DNA of 64,000 nt from an uncultured bacterium (GTDB taxonomy: Bacteria > Patescibacteriota > Minisyncoccia > UBA6257 > 2-01-FULL-56-20), in assembly GCA_963844965.1 (NCBI GenBank), contig CAWJQC010000009.1, positions 32,001 through 96,000 on the forward strand, read 5' to 3'. Every line of letters begins with the position of its first letter. Within the stretch, counting starts at the first letter, position 1. The notes beneath the pieces are model-generated. The model was not told the origin of the DNA. It did no database searches and was given only the letters and a program-made list of their open reading frames with translations. Positions 42,557-52,517 of this stretch are shown in pieces. Both the position numbers and the translations under genes were made by a program.

Positions 42557-43128
42557 AGCACCACCGAGAAGATTCCGGTGGGCCAAAATCTGTAAACCGT
42601 CGCTTATCAAAGGCGACGGGACGAAGGAGGATGCCATGGCGGCAAAAAAGGGAGTACCTGCTTTTCTGATTTCTTACGGCCAAGCTGGACGGGAACGGAA
42701 CAATATCCGGACCGCAGAGGTTGTGGTGTGCGTGTTGGGTCGTTCCACTACCCACCACCTTGAACTTCGGGGTGGAAAGTGGCTTGGCAAGAACGGTGTG
42801 GAATACAAAATCAACGACCGCATCAGAAATCGTAAGAACTGAGAGGGTCCAAAAGCCCACCACCCAGGACCCTAATCGAGGAGAGTGAGCTGTGCCAAGT
42901 AGGTAGACCCGCCGCCGAGGCCTAAGTCGGGGGGTTGAGAGACCAAAAATTCAGTCAAAATAAAAACAAATCCCGCGCTGACCCCAGCCGGTTGTATCCA
43001 GGGTGATACCGGTCAAACAAAAATCCACACTGGCTCCGCGAAAGCGAGGCGAAGTCTGTAGAAGATAGCACTCTACAGAAGGCAGGGCGGCAGTGCCCCA
43101 GGAGAGTTGGAAGACTCTCCTTTTTTTA
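42557..43128 (+). ncRNA. Candidate structured ncRNA of about 570 nt, identity unknown (RNase P RNA-like, OLE-like or novel)
   Basis: The interval runs from the promoter to a strong terminator with no credible protein gene. It contains many perfect stem-loops: CCGTCGC…GCGACGG, GGGTCC…GGACCC, CCGGT…ACCGG, TCTGTAGA…TCTACAGA, a GAAA tetraloop, and CCACTACCCACC / GGTGGAAAGTGG. Confidence 0.45.
43101..43128 (+). terminator. Intrinsic terminator
   Basis: GGAGAGT-TGGAAG-ACTCTCC hairpin followed by T7. Confidence 0.7.
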
Positions 43129-43430
43129 TTGTTCACTCGCAAGAATACCCTATACCTTCTTGCAACGTGATGAGAAGGTGTAGGGATGAATTGCGATGTG
43201 TGAATAATAAACCCCTCCCCATTTGTGGCAGGGGTTTGGTGATAACACCCAGCGAGAGCCGTAAGGCGACTTCGTCTTTGTATGTCGTGTGCGCATAGTT
43301 TTTGCGGCAAATGGAGAGGGGTGAATAACCGCAAGACCGCAGAGCGGCTTGGATACCGCACCGCTCTGCGGTGCGGTTATTCATTTTCTTTTCGGGAAAA
43401 AGGTGGCGATAGCAGGTTTAGTGGCCCAAA

Positions 43431-43766
43431 CTACGCCGCCGTTTTCATGTAATCGTTGTATGCCTGCCTGATCAAGTCGGTCGCAATCTCGCTCCTCGGT
43501 TTTGTCCGGCCCGGATACCGCCAGGCGCTGATAATCCTGCGGCGGGTTTTCGCGTCCTGGATCATCGTCCAGAGTTCATAGGGATGCTTTTTGCTGCCTC
43601 TGACCTGCATATAGGCGACCGTTCTCGGCGCGATCCCCTCTTCCACGCGCGCCGGTGAGTGGAGAATATTTTTCACCCGCTGTTCCGACAGACCGTAAAA
43701 CCGCATCTTGGAACGCACGTGATTGGTCCAGTACAAAATTCTCGGCTTATTGATTATAAGCGGCAT
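43431..43766 (-). CDS. DUF4258/RelE-like toxin-family protein (putative)
   Basis: …WTNHVRSKMRFYGLSEQRVKNIL… resembles the H-x3-RM-x2-RGI motif of DUF4258. Confidence 0.35.
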   Translation of the reverse strand: MPLIINKPRILYWTNHVRSKMRFYGLSEQRVKNILHSPARVEEGIAPRTVAYMQVRGSKKHPYELWTMIQDAKTRRRIISAWRYPGRTKPRSEIATDLIRQAYNDYMKTAA

Positions 43767-44201
43767 GGAGGGTTAGAAGTATTACCGCTTATTCATATTA
43801 ACCTCAAATCCGCATCTTGGAAAACAAATAACTGCGGACATAAAAATGCCTGATGATTATGGATAGGCCCCCATAAGAATGGGGGCTGGGCCGCACCCGG
43901 AGGCGACTTATCGCGGCATATCTCCATTTTCAACTCTTCTGATCGCTGGTTGTTGGGCGCGGCGGCTGGGTCGCTACTCCACTTTTTCATTTTCATTAAA
44001 TTTATTTGACTTGTTTGCTTGGCTGACCTTTGTTTTTGTTATTATTGCTTTCTTGACGAACTGGTTCTCATAAATTGTCGGCGATTTGTTTTTTATTATT
44101 ATCATGAAAGAATTTTAGAATGCTGGCAGTGAATATTGGATGAAAACACAAAAAAGGACCCCGTGATTGGATCCTTTTTTGATTTCCGATTTCCCGCACA
44201 A

Positions 44202-45290
44202 CTATGCGGCGTGCGGGAAAGTGACACGCACGATTGTGCCCTTATTAAGCTTGCTTTTTATGTTTATGCGCCCGCGGTGCAGTCGCACGATTTCGTTCAC
44301 GAGCGCCAGGCCCAAGCCGGCGTGACCAGTGACTTTCGCGTCTTCTTTTTCGCTGCCTTCGCCCGTTCGGCCGGCGCGATAAAACGGTTCCATAATTTTG
44401 GGAAGGTCTTCGGGACTTATGCCCCTGCCGTTGTCTTTGACCGTCAATTCAACTTCGCCCTGATTATTTTTAACCACGGAAACCATGACGGAACCGCCGG
44501 CGGGAGTGTAAGAAATGGCGTTATCCAGTAGATTTTTGACCATTTGTTCCAGCGCTGCGGGATTCCCCCAGATCTGCACCCAGTCGTATTTCGCGGACGC
44601 CAGCCTTATTCTTTTCTCCTTTATCGTTTTTGACCACTCCGTTTCTCTTTTTACCATCAACGAAACAAGCTCCGAAAAATTCAGCTTATAAAAAGGCGTC
44701 TGCGAGCGATTCGCGTATCTGGCGATGAACAGGAGATTCTCAATGATCTTCGCCATCCTGTCCACTTCCTCCACGTTGCTCTTTACAAGCTTTACGGCGT
44801 CAGCAAGCGTCTCATCTGACGCGCCGCCGCGCAAAAAAATTTCCGAACTTGTTTTAATGATGCTGAGGGGCGTGCGGAGCTCGTGCGCGGCGTCCGCCAT
44901 AAACCTTTTTTGGTCCTCCATCGTCTTTTTTACCGGCCGCAGAACCACGTTCGTGGCGAAATACAGGAGAACACTCGCTGCCGCACCGATAAAAACTTCA
45001 ATGTAATTTTCCCTCCTGTCGATTTCGTTGAATTCCGCGGCCAACAGGCCCCTTTCTTCCTGACTGAGAGCGCGCGAATTTTCTATGGTTACCAGCGCCT
45101 GCTGCCTTTCGTAGCCGAACACGGCGTCCACGACGAGCGTGAAGACGATTATGCTCAAAATCGCCGCTATGACCAGCTTAAATCTTGCGGATTGCAAAAC
45201 TTCTTCCCTGAAAAACCGCTCGCTCCCCCTCCAAGTCCTATCCTTTGAACTTGTAGCCCACGCCGTGAATTGTTTCCAGTAGGTCCTCAT
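44202..45290 (-). CDS. Sensor histidine kinase
   Basis: Two TM helices, H-box (AAHELRTPLSII), and N/G1/G2 ATPase boxes (…DNAISYTPAGG…DNGRGI…GLGLAL…). Confidence 0.8.
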   Translation of the reverse strand: MRTYWKQFTAWATSSKDRTWRGSERFFREEVLQSARFKLVIAAILSIIVFTLVVDAVFGYERQQALVTIENSRALSQEERGLLAAEFNEIDRRENYIEVFIGAAASVLLYFATNVVLRPVKKTMEDQKRFMADAAHELRTPLSIIKTSSEIFLRGGASDETLADAVKLVKSNVEEVDRMAKIIENLLFIARYANRSQTPFYKLNFSELVSLMVKRETEWSKTIKEKRIRLASAKYDWVQIWGNPAALEQMVKNLLDNAISYTPAGGSVMVSVVKNNQGEVELTVKDNGRGISPEDLPKIMEPFYRAGRTGEGSEKEDAKVTGHAGLGLALVNEIVRLHRGRINIKSKLNKGTIVRVTFPHAA

Positions 45291-45909
45291 GCCCCGCGAG
45301 TTTTTTCCTCAAATTTTTTATATGCACGTCTATCACATTGCTGAATGAACTGTCGGCGAAATCCCAAATATGGTCGTGAAGCTCCTCGCGATTTATCACG
45401 CGGTTAGGATTTCTCATAAAATATTCCAGAAGCGAAAATTCCTTGAGCGTCAGGGAAATTTTCTTCCCGCCCAGAACCACGTCGCGAGTCGCCGTGTTCA
45501 AGGCAAGGTCGCCCGCCGTAAGGGTCGTGGGCAGGAGAGATTTCTTCGGCCTGCGCAGAAGCGCTCTCACTCTCGCCACCAGCTCTTCAAAGGCGAACGG
45601 CTTCACGAGGTAATCGTCCGCGCCGCTATCAAGGGCAGTGGTCTTGTCCTCCACTGAGGGCCGCGCGGTAAGGACAAGAATGGGAATAGTTATCTCGCGT
45701 TCACGAATGCTCTTGCACACGGCAAACCCATCTTTTTTTGGAAGCATTAGGTCAAGAAGCACGAGGTCGTAATCATTGTGCGAAACGAGTATCCGCCGTT
45801 CCGCGGTTTGCCCGTCCGTCACGTAATCGGCCGCGTATCCCTCTTTCTCCAAACCGCTTTTAATGGCTTGAGCTAATTTTTCTTCGTCCTCAACTATCAA
45901 TATACGCAT
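45238..45909 (-). CDS. OmpR-family response regulator
   Basis: Receiver domain (MRILIVEDE…DLVLLDLMLP…) and winged-helix domain (…GVGYKFK). Confidence 0.85.
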   Translation of the reverse strand: MRILIVEDEEKLAQAIKSGLEKEGYAADYVTDGQTAERRILVSHNDYDLVLLDLMLPKKDGFAVCKSIREREITIPILVLTARPSVEDKTTALDSGADDYLVKPFAFEELVARVRALLRRPKKSLLPTTLTAGDLALNTATRDVVLGGKKISLTLKEFSLLEYFMRNPNRVINREELHDHIWDFADSSFSNVIDVHIKNLRKKLAGHEDLLETIHGVGYKFKG

Positions 45910-46054
45910 GTTTTTTTCTGATGGATATATTTTAATATAATTTAAACCAATTGTGTCAAGGAGGGGGCCGTGCCGTAAACCACCCCATATTATTGCCCCA
46001 GCTCCACCTTAAATCAATTATGTAAAATAATCATGAATTAATCATGAATCCCAC

Positions 46055-46118
46055 ACCTAATTGAGGAGCAACGCCTTATGTGTTGTTACCAATACTCCTC
46101 GTTAGGTGTGGGGATAAA
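46055..46118. repeat. Palindromic intergenic repeat element, copy 1 (CCCACACCTAA … TTAGGTGTGGGGATAAA)
   Basis: Outer 11-12-bp inverted repeat around an inner GAGGAG…CTCCTC hairpin; a second copy lies at 63635..63690. Confidence 0.5.
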
Positions 46119-46157
46119 TCTCTGCTTGGGGTCAGGAAGCTGATGGCTTCGCAACAT

Positions 46158-47159
46158 CTACCGCCCCGCAATTAATTTTTTGAATTCTTCCACCATCGGC
46201 ACCTCCTCGGGTTCAACCCCATAAAGCTTGGCGGTATAATACGCCGTCCAATCCGCCAAACTCAGGGACGAAAAGATTTTTTCCCAGACGTTTCCGCCAC
46301 GCAGAGGCAGGATTTCTGACTTGAATCCGCGCTTGGCAAAGATTTTTCGCATCACACTCATCCTTTTCGCGATTCGCGGCCCATCTTCCTTATCTGTTAG
46401 AAATATAAAATGGAAATTCCGCGAGAGCCGCGCCGTGCTCCGTTTGGCGTCCCCGCCAGAGGCGGGTCCGCCTCTGGCGGAAAAGCCGGTCATCTCGTTG
46501 TGATTCGCCTCCGGCAAGACATTGCAAAACGCCGGAATTTTCCCTGTCTCGTTGAATTTTATCTTCCAGTTGTAAGCGATCGCGCGGTTGCGGAAAGAGG
46601 CATAAATCACGGGCACGTTGCCCCTTAATCTCCTCGCAAGTTTTTTTCCTTCCTGCTCGCGGCGGGACGGATGAAACGTTTCGGCAAGCTCGCTCAAATC
46701 CGCGAGCGCCTTTTTCTCACCCATTATTTTCAAAATTGCTTTCAAGCTGTAGCCAAGCGCCATTCTCGGCTGCATGTGCGAAGGCACGACAATGTGCGGC
46801 ACTTTGAGCATATGCGCCATTGTTATCAATTTCCCGCCCGAAGCAACCGCGGCAACGTTCAGTTTCTTTTTTATCGCCATCTCAAACGCGTCAATCGTTT
46901 CTTCCGTGTTCCCCGAGTAAGAACTCGCTATAATCAAACGCTCTTTCAACTCCTTGAGCGACAATGGTGGCAAACCATAATTTGACCAGACAATCACATC
47001 AAAATCGGGCCGCCAGGTTTGTATTAAATCAGCCGCCAAATGCGACCCGCCCATACCGGCGACGATGAATTTTTTATACCCGCTCAATTTCTCGACGTTC
47101 TCAACCTGCGGTTCCCAAGCGAATTGCTTACTAAAATTTTTTATGTCGTCGTAGATCAT
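46158..47159 (-). CDS. Bifunctional phosphoglucose/phosphomannose isomerase (SIS domain)
   Basis: …FIVAGMGGSHLAADL… and a double SIS layout. Confidence 0.7.
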   Translation of the reverse strand: MIYDDIKNFSKQFAWEPQVENVEKLSGYKKFIVAGMGGSHLAADLIQTWRPDFDVIVWSNYGLPPLSLKELKERLIIASSYSGNTEETIDAFEMAIKKKLNVAAVASGGKLITMAHMLKVPHIVVPSHMQPRMALGYSLKAILKIMGEKKALADLSELAETFHPSRREQEGKKLARRLRGNVPVIYASFRNRAIAYNWKIKFNETGKIPAFCNVLPEANHNEMTGFSARGGPASGGDAKRSTARLSRNFHFIFLTDKEDGPRIAKRMSVMRKIFAKRGFKSEILPLRGGNVWEKIFSSLSLADWTAYYTAKLYGVEPEEVPMVEEFKKLIAGR

Positions 47160-47197
47160 GGCTGCGGTTCAGATAAATTATAACAAAACTATGCGAA

Positions 47198-48397
47198 TCA
47201 GAAAACCGTTTTTCTTTTTCCAGAAGCTTTCAAAACTTTTTCTTTCGCGATTTCCATTGCCACTTCGCGCGGATTTCTTTTGTCGGCCAGGCTCTTTTTC
47301 ATCACTTTGCGAGTCGCTTTCGTCACTTTCTCTTCCACCAACTCAAACATTTTTTCCGGCGAATAGCCTATATATTCAGCGTAGGAAGATATCACGCCGC
47401 CAGCGTTAGCGACGAAATCAGGTACGATAATAATCCCCTTCCTGAACAATTCGTCTTCAATATTTTCACGCATTGGAATATTCGCGCCTTCAACTATGAT
47501 TTTCGCCCTTATCTTGTCTTTGTTTTTCTCGTTTATAACATCGGTCACGGCCGCCGGTATCAGAATATCCACAGGTAGGGCGAACATTTCATCGCTCGTC
47601 AGTTTTTTCGCCTGTCCCGAGCCTTGTCGAGGGACGCCCTGATAATCGGCCACGGATTTTTTCCTTGCTTTCAGGTCATGTAGAACTTTTTCATCCAATC
47701 CAGATTCCAAATACGCCGCGCCGCGGCTGTCGGATACCGCCACTATTCTCGCACCCATTTCCTTCAAGTACTTGAACGCAAAACTGCCGACATTGCCGAA
47801 ACCTTCAATGGCGACGGTCGCTTGCCCTGAGCCTGTCGAATGGGCGCCTTTCATATTCACGCCCGCGAGTTCCGCGGCTATCTTCACCGAGTGCGCGACG
47901 CCAAAGCCGGTGCTGCCGAGTTCGTGGGGTAAGCCGCAACTCCTCGTCTCTCCTCCGCCGGTCACAACGCAAAAATTGGCCGGCTTTCCAGTTGCGGCAC
48001 GCCTGTCACCCACCGCTTCGGCGAACCATTGCATTTCACGCTCGCCGGAATTGACGTCAGGTCCGGCAATATATTTTGACGGGATCAACGGTTTCAACGC
48101 ACGCGCGAAACTCTGCACATGAAGCTTTTTTTCTTCATCCGATTTCCACTTCGCGACCAGTCCCGCCTTTGCTCCGCCGAAGGGAATATCGGCAAGCGCG
48201 TTTTTCCACGTCATCGTTCTAGCGAGACGCCGCACTTCATCAATCGTAACGTTCGGCGTCATGCGAATGCCGCCTTTTCCCGGTCCGAGTGCGGTGTTGT
48301 CAATGACCAAAAAGCCCTCCATACCAACCTCCGCATCGTACACATGAATCAAATACTCCGGCCCAAATTCGTCGTTTTTGCCCAAATTGGCGCTCAT
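47198..48397 (-). CDS. Glu/Leu/Phe/Val dehydrogenase (glutamate dehydrogenase-like)
   Basis: …GPGKGGIRMTPNVT…PFGGAKAGL… and a Rossmann domain GFGNVGSFAF. Confidence 0.85.
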   Translation of the reverse strand: MSANLGKNDEFGPEYLIHVYDAEVGMEGFLVIDNTALGPGKGGIRMTPNVTIDEVRRLARTMTWKNALADIPFGGAKAGLVAKWKSDEEKKLHVQSFARALKPLIPSKYIAGPDVNSGEREMQWFAEAVGDRRAATGKPANFCVVTGGGETRSCGLPHELGSTGFGVAHSVKIAAELAGVNMKGAHSTGSGQATVAIEGFGNVGSFAFKYLKEMGARIVAVSDSRGAAYLESGLDEKVLHDLKARKKSVADYQGVPRQGSGQAKKLTSDEMFALPVDILIPAAVTDVINEKNKDKIRAKIIVEGANIPMRENIEDELFRKGIIIVPDFVANAGGVISSYAEYIGYSPEKMFELVEEKVTKATRKVMKKSLADKRNPREVAMEIAKEKVLKASGKRKTVF

Positions 48398-48520
48398 TTG
48401 GTTAATTATATACCAAACCTAATTCGCCCGAAACCCTACCGAAACCGTGTTTATACATCAATTTATGTGCACCTTTTGTAAACTTTACGCCGTATATATG
48501 TTAAAATCTAATAAGAAAAC

Positions 48521-49689
48521 ATGGCAGAGACCAAGAAGTCAAGAACGGTCAAGAAGAGGGTTGCGACAAGATCAAAGCGAAAGTCCCGAGTTTCCTCTGC
48601 GGCGAAGAGAACAAAAAAAACGGCTGGACGCCGACGTGTTTTGCCGCGCAAACATATTGAACATATCCTGGAGAGATTCCCCGGCAATCCGATCATTCAG
48701 CCAAACGCCGAGAACCAGTGGGAAAGCAAAGCGACCTTCAACCCGGCGGCTCTCCACGACAAAGGAAAAATCCACATCGTCTACAGAGCGATAGGCGACA
48801 ATGACGTGTCCGTCCTGGGCTACGCCACAAGCACCGACGGCACGAACATAGAAGAAAGATTGCCTCATCCAATTTACGCCAAAAAAGTGAGCGCCGCGGA
48901 CAATTCGGAGCGGTGTCTTCGGGATTTACAATCGCCGATCTTTTACATTTCGGGGGGCGGCTGGAACGGCGGCTGCGAAGATCCGCGCCTCACGCGCATA
49001 GGTGACACCGTCTATATGCTCTACACGGCTTTTGACGGCTGGGGGTCGCTCCGAATAGCGCTGACCTCAATAAAGACGAATGACTTCCGCAACAGAATTT
49101 GGAAATGGAAAGAACCGGTCCTGATTTCCCCGCCCGGAGAAATACACAAGAACTGGGTGATTTTCCCGGAGAAAATAAACGGCAAGTTCGCCATCCTGCA
49201 CAGCATATCGCCGAAAATCATGATTGACTATTTTGACGGTTTGGACGACTTAGATAACGGGATTTTCATTCGCAGCCGTTACGGCGGGGAAATGCGAAAA
49301 AATAAATGGGACAGCCACCCGCGAGGAGCCGGTCCCCGCCGATAAAAACGGGATATGGCTGGCTTCTCCTCTATCACGCGATAGACCATAAAGACCCCGG
49401 CAAATACAAGCTTGGGGCTATGATTTTAGACCTCAAAGATCCGACAAAAATCCTTTATCGCTCGAAAAAACCGGTTTTGGAACCGGATGAATATTATGAA
49501 AACGAAGGGTTCAAAGCCGGCGTGATATATTCCTGCGGCGCAGTCGTCGTCAACGGCCGGCTTATCGTTTACTACGGCGGAGCCGACTCGGTAAGCTGCG
49601 TGGCCACCGCCAAACTTGACGAATTCCTGAAAGGGCTCATTTCCGACAAAGAACCGAAACTTACGCGCCTGCAGCGATTAAAAAGCTAA
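48521..49689 (+). CDS. GH130-family glycoside phosphorylase/hydrolase, split by a C-run frameshift at about 49334-49337
   Basis: ORFs 48521..49345 and 49306..49689 join as …NKWDSHPRGAGP-PPIKTGYGWLLLYH… if the C4 run is C5. GH130 motifs GGCEDPRLTRIGDTVYMLYTAFDG and GYGWLLLYHAI are present. Confidence 0.7.
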
Positions 49690-49724
49690 GACCCCGCTTA
49701 ATTTGTGCCTTCTCTAATTCCAAG

Positions 49725-51649
49725 ATGTTCGTCTTCAAACGTTCGGAGGAAAATCCGATATTAATACCGCAAACCGAAAATTTATGGGAAGCTGAGGCAA
49801 CCTTCAACGGTTGCCCTGTTCCCGACGGGAAAAAAACTCATCTCCTCTACCGGGCGGTTTCCTCGGGGCAAATAGTGGACGGAAAAGAAATCAAAATATC
49901 TTCCATCGGCTGCGCCCTGTCCGATGACGGCGTGCATTTCAAAAACCGCAGGCAGTTTATCAAGCCGGAATACGAATGGGAACGCTTCGGCTGCGAAATC
50001 TGCGCGTGACCAAGCTCGGCGACAAATATTATATTTTCTACACAGCACTTTCCCAGTATCCCTTCAGGGCGGATGGGATAAAGATAGGCGTAGCGATAAC
50101 GAAGGACTTCAAGAAAATAGACGCGAAGTACCCGGTGACAACTTTCAATTCAAAAGCGATGGCGCTTTTCCCCGAAAAAATCGGCGGGAAGATCACGGCG
50201 GTGCTCACAGTGAACACCGATAAGCCACCGGCCAGAATTTGCCTTGCGCAATTCGACAGAGAAGAACAAATCTGGTCCAGCGAATACTGGGAAGAATGGT
50301 ATGGTAAGCTTGATTACCATGTATTGCCGCTCGCGCGGAAGTCAACCGACCACACCGAAGTCGGCGCGCCGCCCATTAAAACCAAATATGGATGGCTTCT
50401 GATTCTACCATATATTTCCAACTATTTCTTGCCGCCGCCCATATTCGGCATAGAGGCGGCGCTTCTGGACCTGAAAAATCCGAGAAACATAATTGCCGCA
50501 ACGACCAGCGCGCTGCTCTACTCGCGCGAAGAATACGAGAAATTCGGGAACGTGCCCAATGTCATCTTTCCGTCGGGAGCTCTTGTCAGTCACGGCAATC
50601 TCAACTTATATTATGGCGCGGCGGACACAACTTGCGCTTTAGCCACCGGAAAATTAAACGAGCTGCTGGAAGACCTGCGCTCGAAGCGGCCGCGCGCGGC
50701 GCGGCTCAAACGCTTTGCCGGCAACCCGATAATCAAACCGAAACCGGAAAGCGCGTGGCAGTCAAAAGCAACTTTCAATCCCGGAGCCATATACGCCGGT
50801 GACAAAATACACCTTCTCTACAGAGCCATGGACAAAGACAACACTTCAACCTTCGGATACGCGGCAAGTTCGGATGGTTACACGATGGATTACCGGCTGC
50901 CGCAACCGGTTTACACGCCGCAAGCCGATTTTGAAAAAAAACTGGTTCCCGGAGCGAATTCCGGCTGCGAAGACCCGCGACTCACGCTCATCGATAAAAC
51001 GATCTATGTGTGTTACACCGCTTTTGACGGCAAAAATCCATGGCGTATAGCTCTGACCTCCATATCGTTGGACGATTTCCTGAGCAGGCGCTGGAACTGG
51101 AAACGCCCGGTTCTCATTTCTCCGCCGGGAATTGACGACAAAGACGCCGTTCTATTTCCCAAAAAAATTGGCGGCAAATATGTGTTTCTGCACCGCCTTG
51201 GCGCGGACATCTGGATAGATTTTGTTGACTCACTGGAATTTGACGGCAAGAGATGGCTGCAGGGGAAAATAATATTGACGCCGCAATCCGGACCACAGGC
51301 CTCAAAAAAAATAGGCACCGGCGGGCCGCCCATAGAAACAAAGTATGGCTGGCTTCTCATATACCACGGCATATCCAGAGATGAGGACAATCATTACCAC
51401 CTCCGCGCCGCTCTTTTAGATAAAAAGGATCCTGCCAAGATTATCGCGAGGACCCACGAACCCATTCTGGAAACCACGGAATATTATGAAAAAGGCGGTA
51501 ATGTGAACAACGTTGTCTTCACCTGCGGTTCCGTCGTCGTCAACAACACTCTTTTTGTCTATTACGGCGGCGCGGATACGGTCGTCGGCGTCGCCACGGC
51601 GAATTTTGATGATTTTATGAAAAAATTATCCCGCGAGAAATATGCTTAG
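49725..51649 (+). CDS. Tandem double-GH130-domain protein, split by a frameshift at about 49995-50000
   Basis: ORFs 49725..50009 and 49976..51649. The GH130 signature occurs twice (…KLGDKYYIFYTA…KYGWLLILPY… and …CEDPRLTLIDKTIYVCYTAFDG…KYGWLLIYHGI…). Confidence 0.7.
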
Positions 51650-51702
51650 GGCCGGTTCCCCCAACCTACCTTGTTTCAAAATCAGTGAAGTTCTTAACTT
51701 CG

Positions 51703-51936
51703 TCACCGAACTCTTTTTCTAATCTTTCCACGTTGGCAAGCGCCGGTCCTTTGCGGCACCATCCCAAAAATTTCTCCAGTATCTTTTTCCTCGCCTTCGG
51801 CTTCAATATAAACCGAGCCGTCGGCCTCGTTGCGCACAAATCCTTTTACGCCAAGTTTGTCGGCCGTAAGTTTCGCCTCAAAACGGAAGTTGACACCCTG
51901 CACATCGCCATAGATTTTGATTATCAGATTTTTCAT
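51703..51936 (-). CDS. acyP: Acylphosphatase
   Basis: …IYGDVQGVNFRFEAKLTADKLGVKGFVRNEADGSVYIEAEG…. Confidence 0.75.
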   Translation of the reverse strand: MKNLIIKIYGDVQGVNFRFEAKLTADKLGVKGFVRNEADGSVYIEAEGEEKDTGEIFGMVPQRTGACQRGKIRKRVR

Positions 51937-52517
51937 TTCAAAGTTGATGTCGCCGGTGCTCCGAAAAACGGACAGGAGCCCCACAATCCCTTTTTGGCTT
52001 CGCGCGCTTCCTTCTCCGCAGTCACGAACTCTGCCGCATATTTTACATCCGGCGGAAAAGTTAACGCCGCCGCGTATCCTTCTTTGACCAATTCCAAATT
52101 AACGAAAGTGTCGTCTTGAAGGTAAACGTATCGCAGAAGCCGGCCATATTCGTCGCGTTCGCTCACATCTTTTACCAAGCGAACCGACCTTCCTTCCACC
52201 AATTCCTTGTTTCGCCGCGACGCCTCGGCTCCAAAACATTCAACTGGCTTCCGAGGGTCAACGGTTTCCGGCGCGTCCATGCCGATGTAACGAACACGCT
52301 CGCCGCCCGCGAGTTCAATTGTGTCGCCGTCAATCACGCGGGTAACCAAAGATAATGTTTGTTGACCGACTGCCGGCTCGGCAATTGAAACCGTGCTGCT
52401 CGCGCCCGATACAAAAACAGCGGATTGCGGCGCGCTCTTTGGCGATAAGAACCTTCCGGCAAAGAACCCGGCGATCGCCACGCCCGCGAACAACAGAAAA
52501 AATGGAACGCGCTTCAT
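51933..52517 (-). CDS. Secreted thermonuclease (SNase-like)
   Basis: Signal/TM helix, then …VIDGDTIELAGGERVRYIGMDAPE…RLLRYVY…. Confidence 0.75.
   Translation of the reverse strand: MKRVPFFLLFAGVAIAGFFAGRFLSPKSAPQSAVFVSGASSTVSIAEPAVGQQTLSLVTRVIDGDTIELAGGERVRYIGMDAPETVDPRKPVECFGAEASRRNKELVEGRSVRLVKDVSERDEYGRLLRYVYLQDDTFVNLELVKEGYAAALTFPPDVKYAAEFVTAEKEAREAKKGLWGSCPFFGAPATSTLK

Larger units (their letters stand above)
29885..44130. mobile_element. Putative integrative element (large serine recombinase type) inserted next to the 5' end of ychF; right boundary approximate
   Basis: A contiguous block contains the recombinase, 3 excisionase-family HTH genes, a primase-helicase, a ClpP-like protease, cell-wall-binding/beta-helix proteins, holin-like small membrane proteins, a toxin-like gene and a structured-RNA region. 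Host genes (ychF on one side, the two-component system on the other) flank it. Confidence 0.45.

Noticed and set aside
42636-42842. 68-aa ORF with a strong Shine-Dalgarno inside the ncRNA candidate
   Set aside because: It is not rejected outright. However, its translation is low-complexity and basic, and the coding region spans a stable stem-loop (CCACTACCCACC/GGTGGAAAGTGG). It is more likely part of a structured RNA, and is kept as an alternative within the ncRNA finding.
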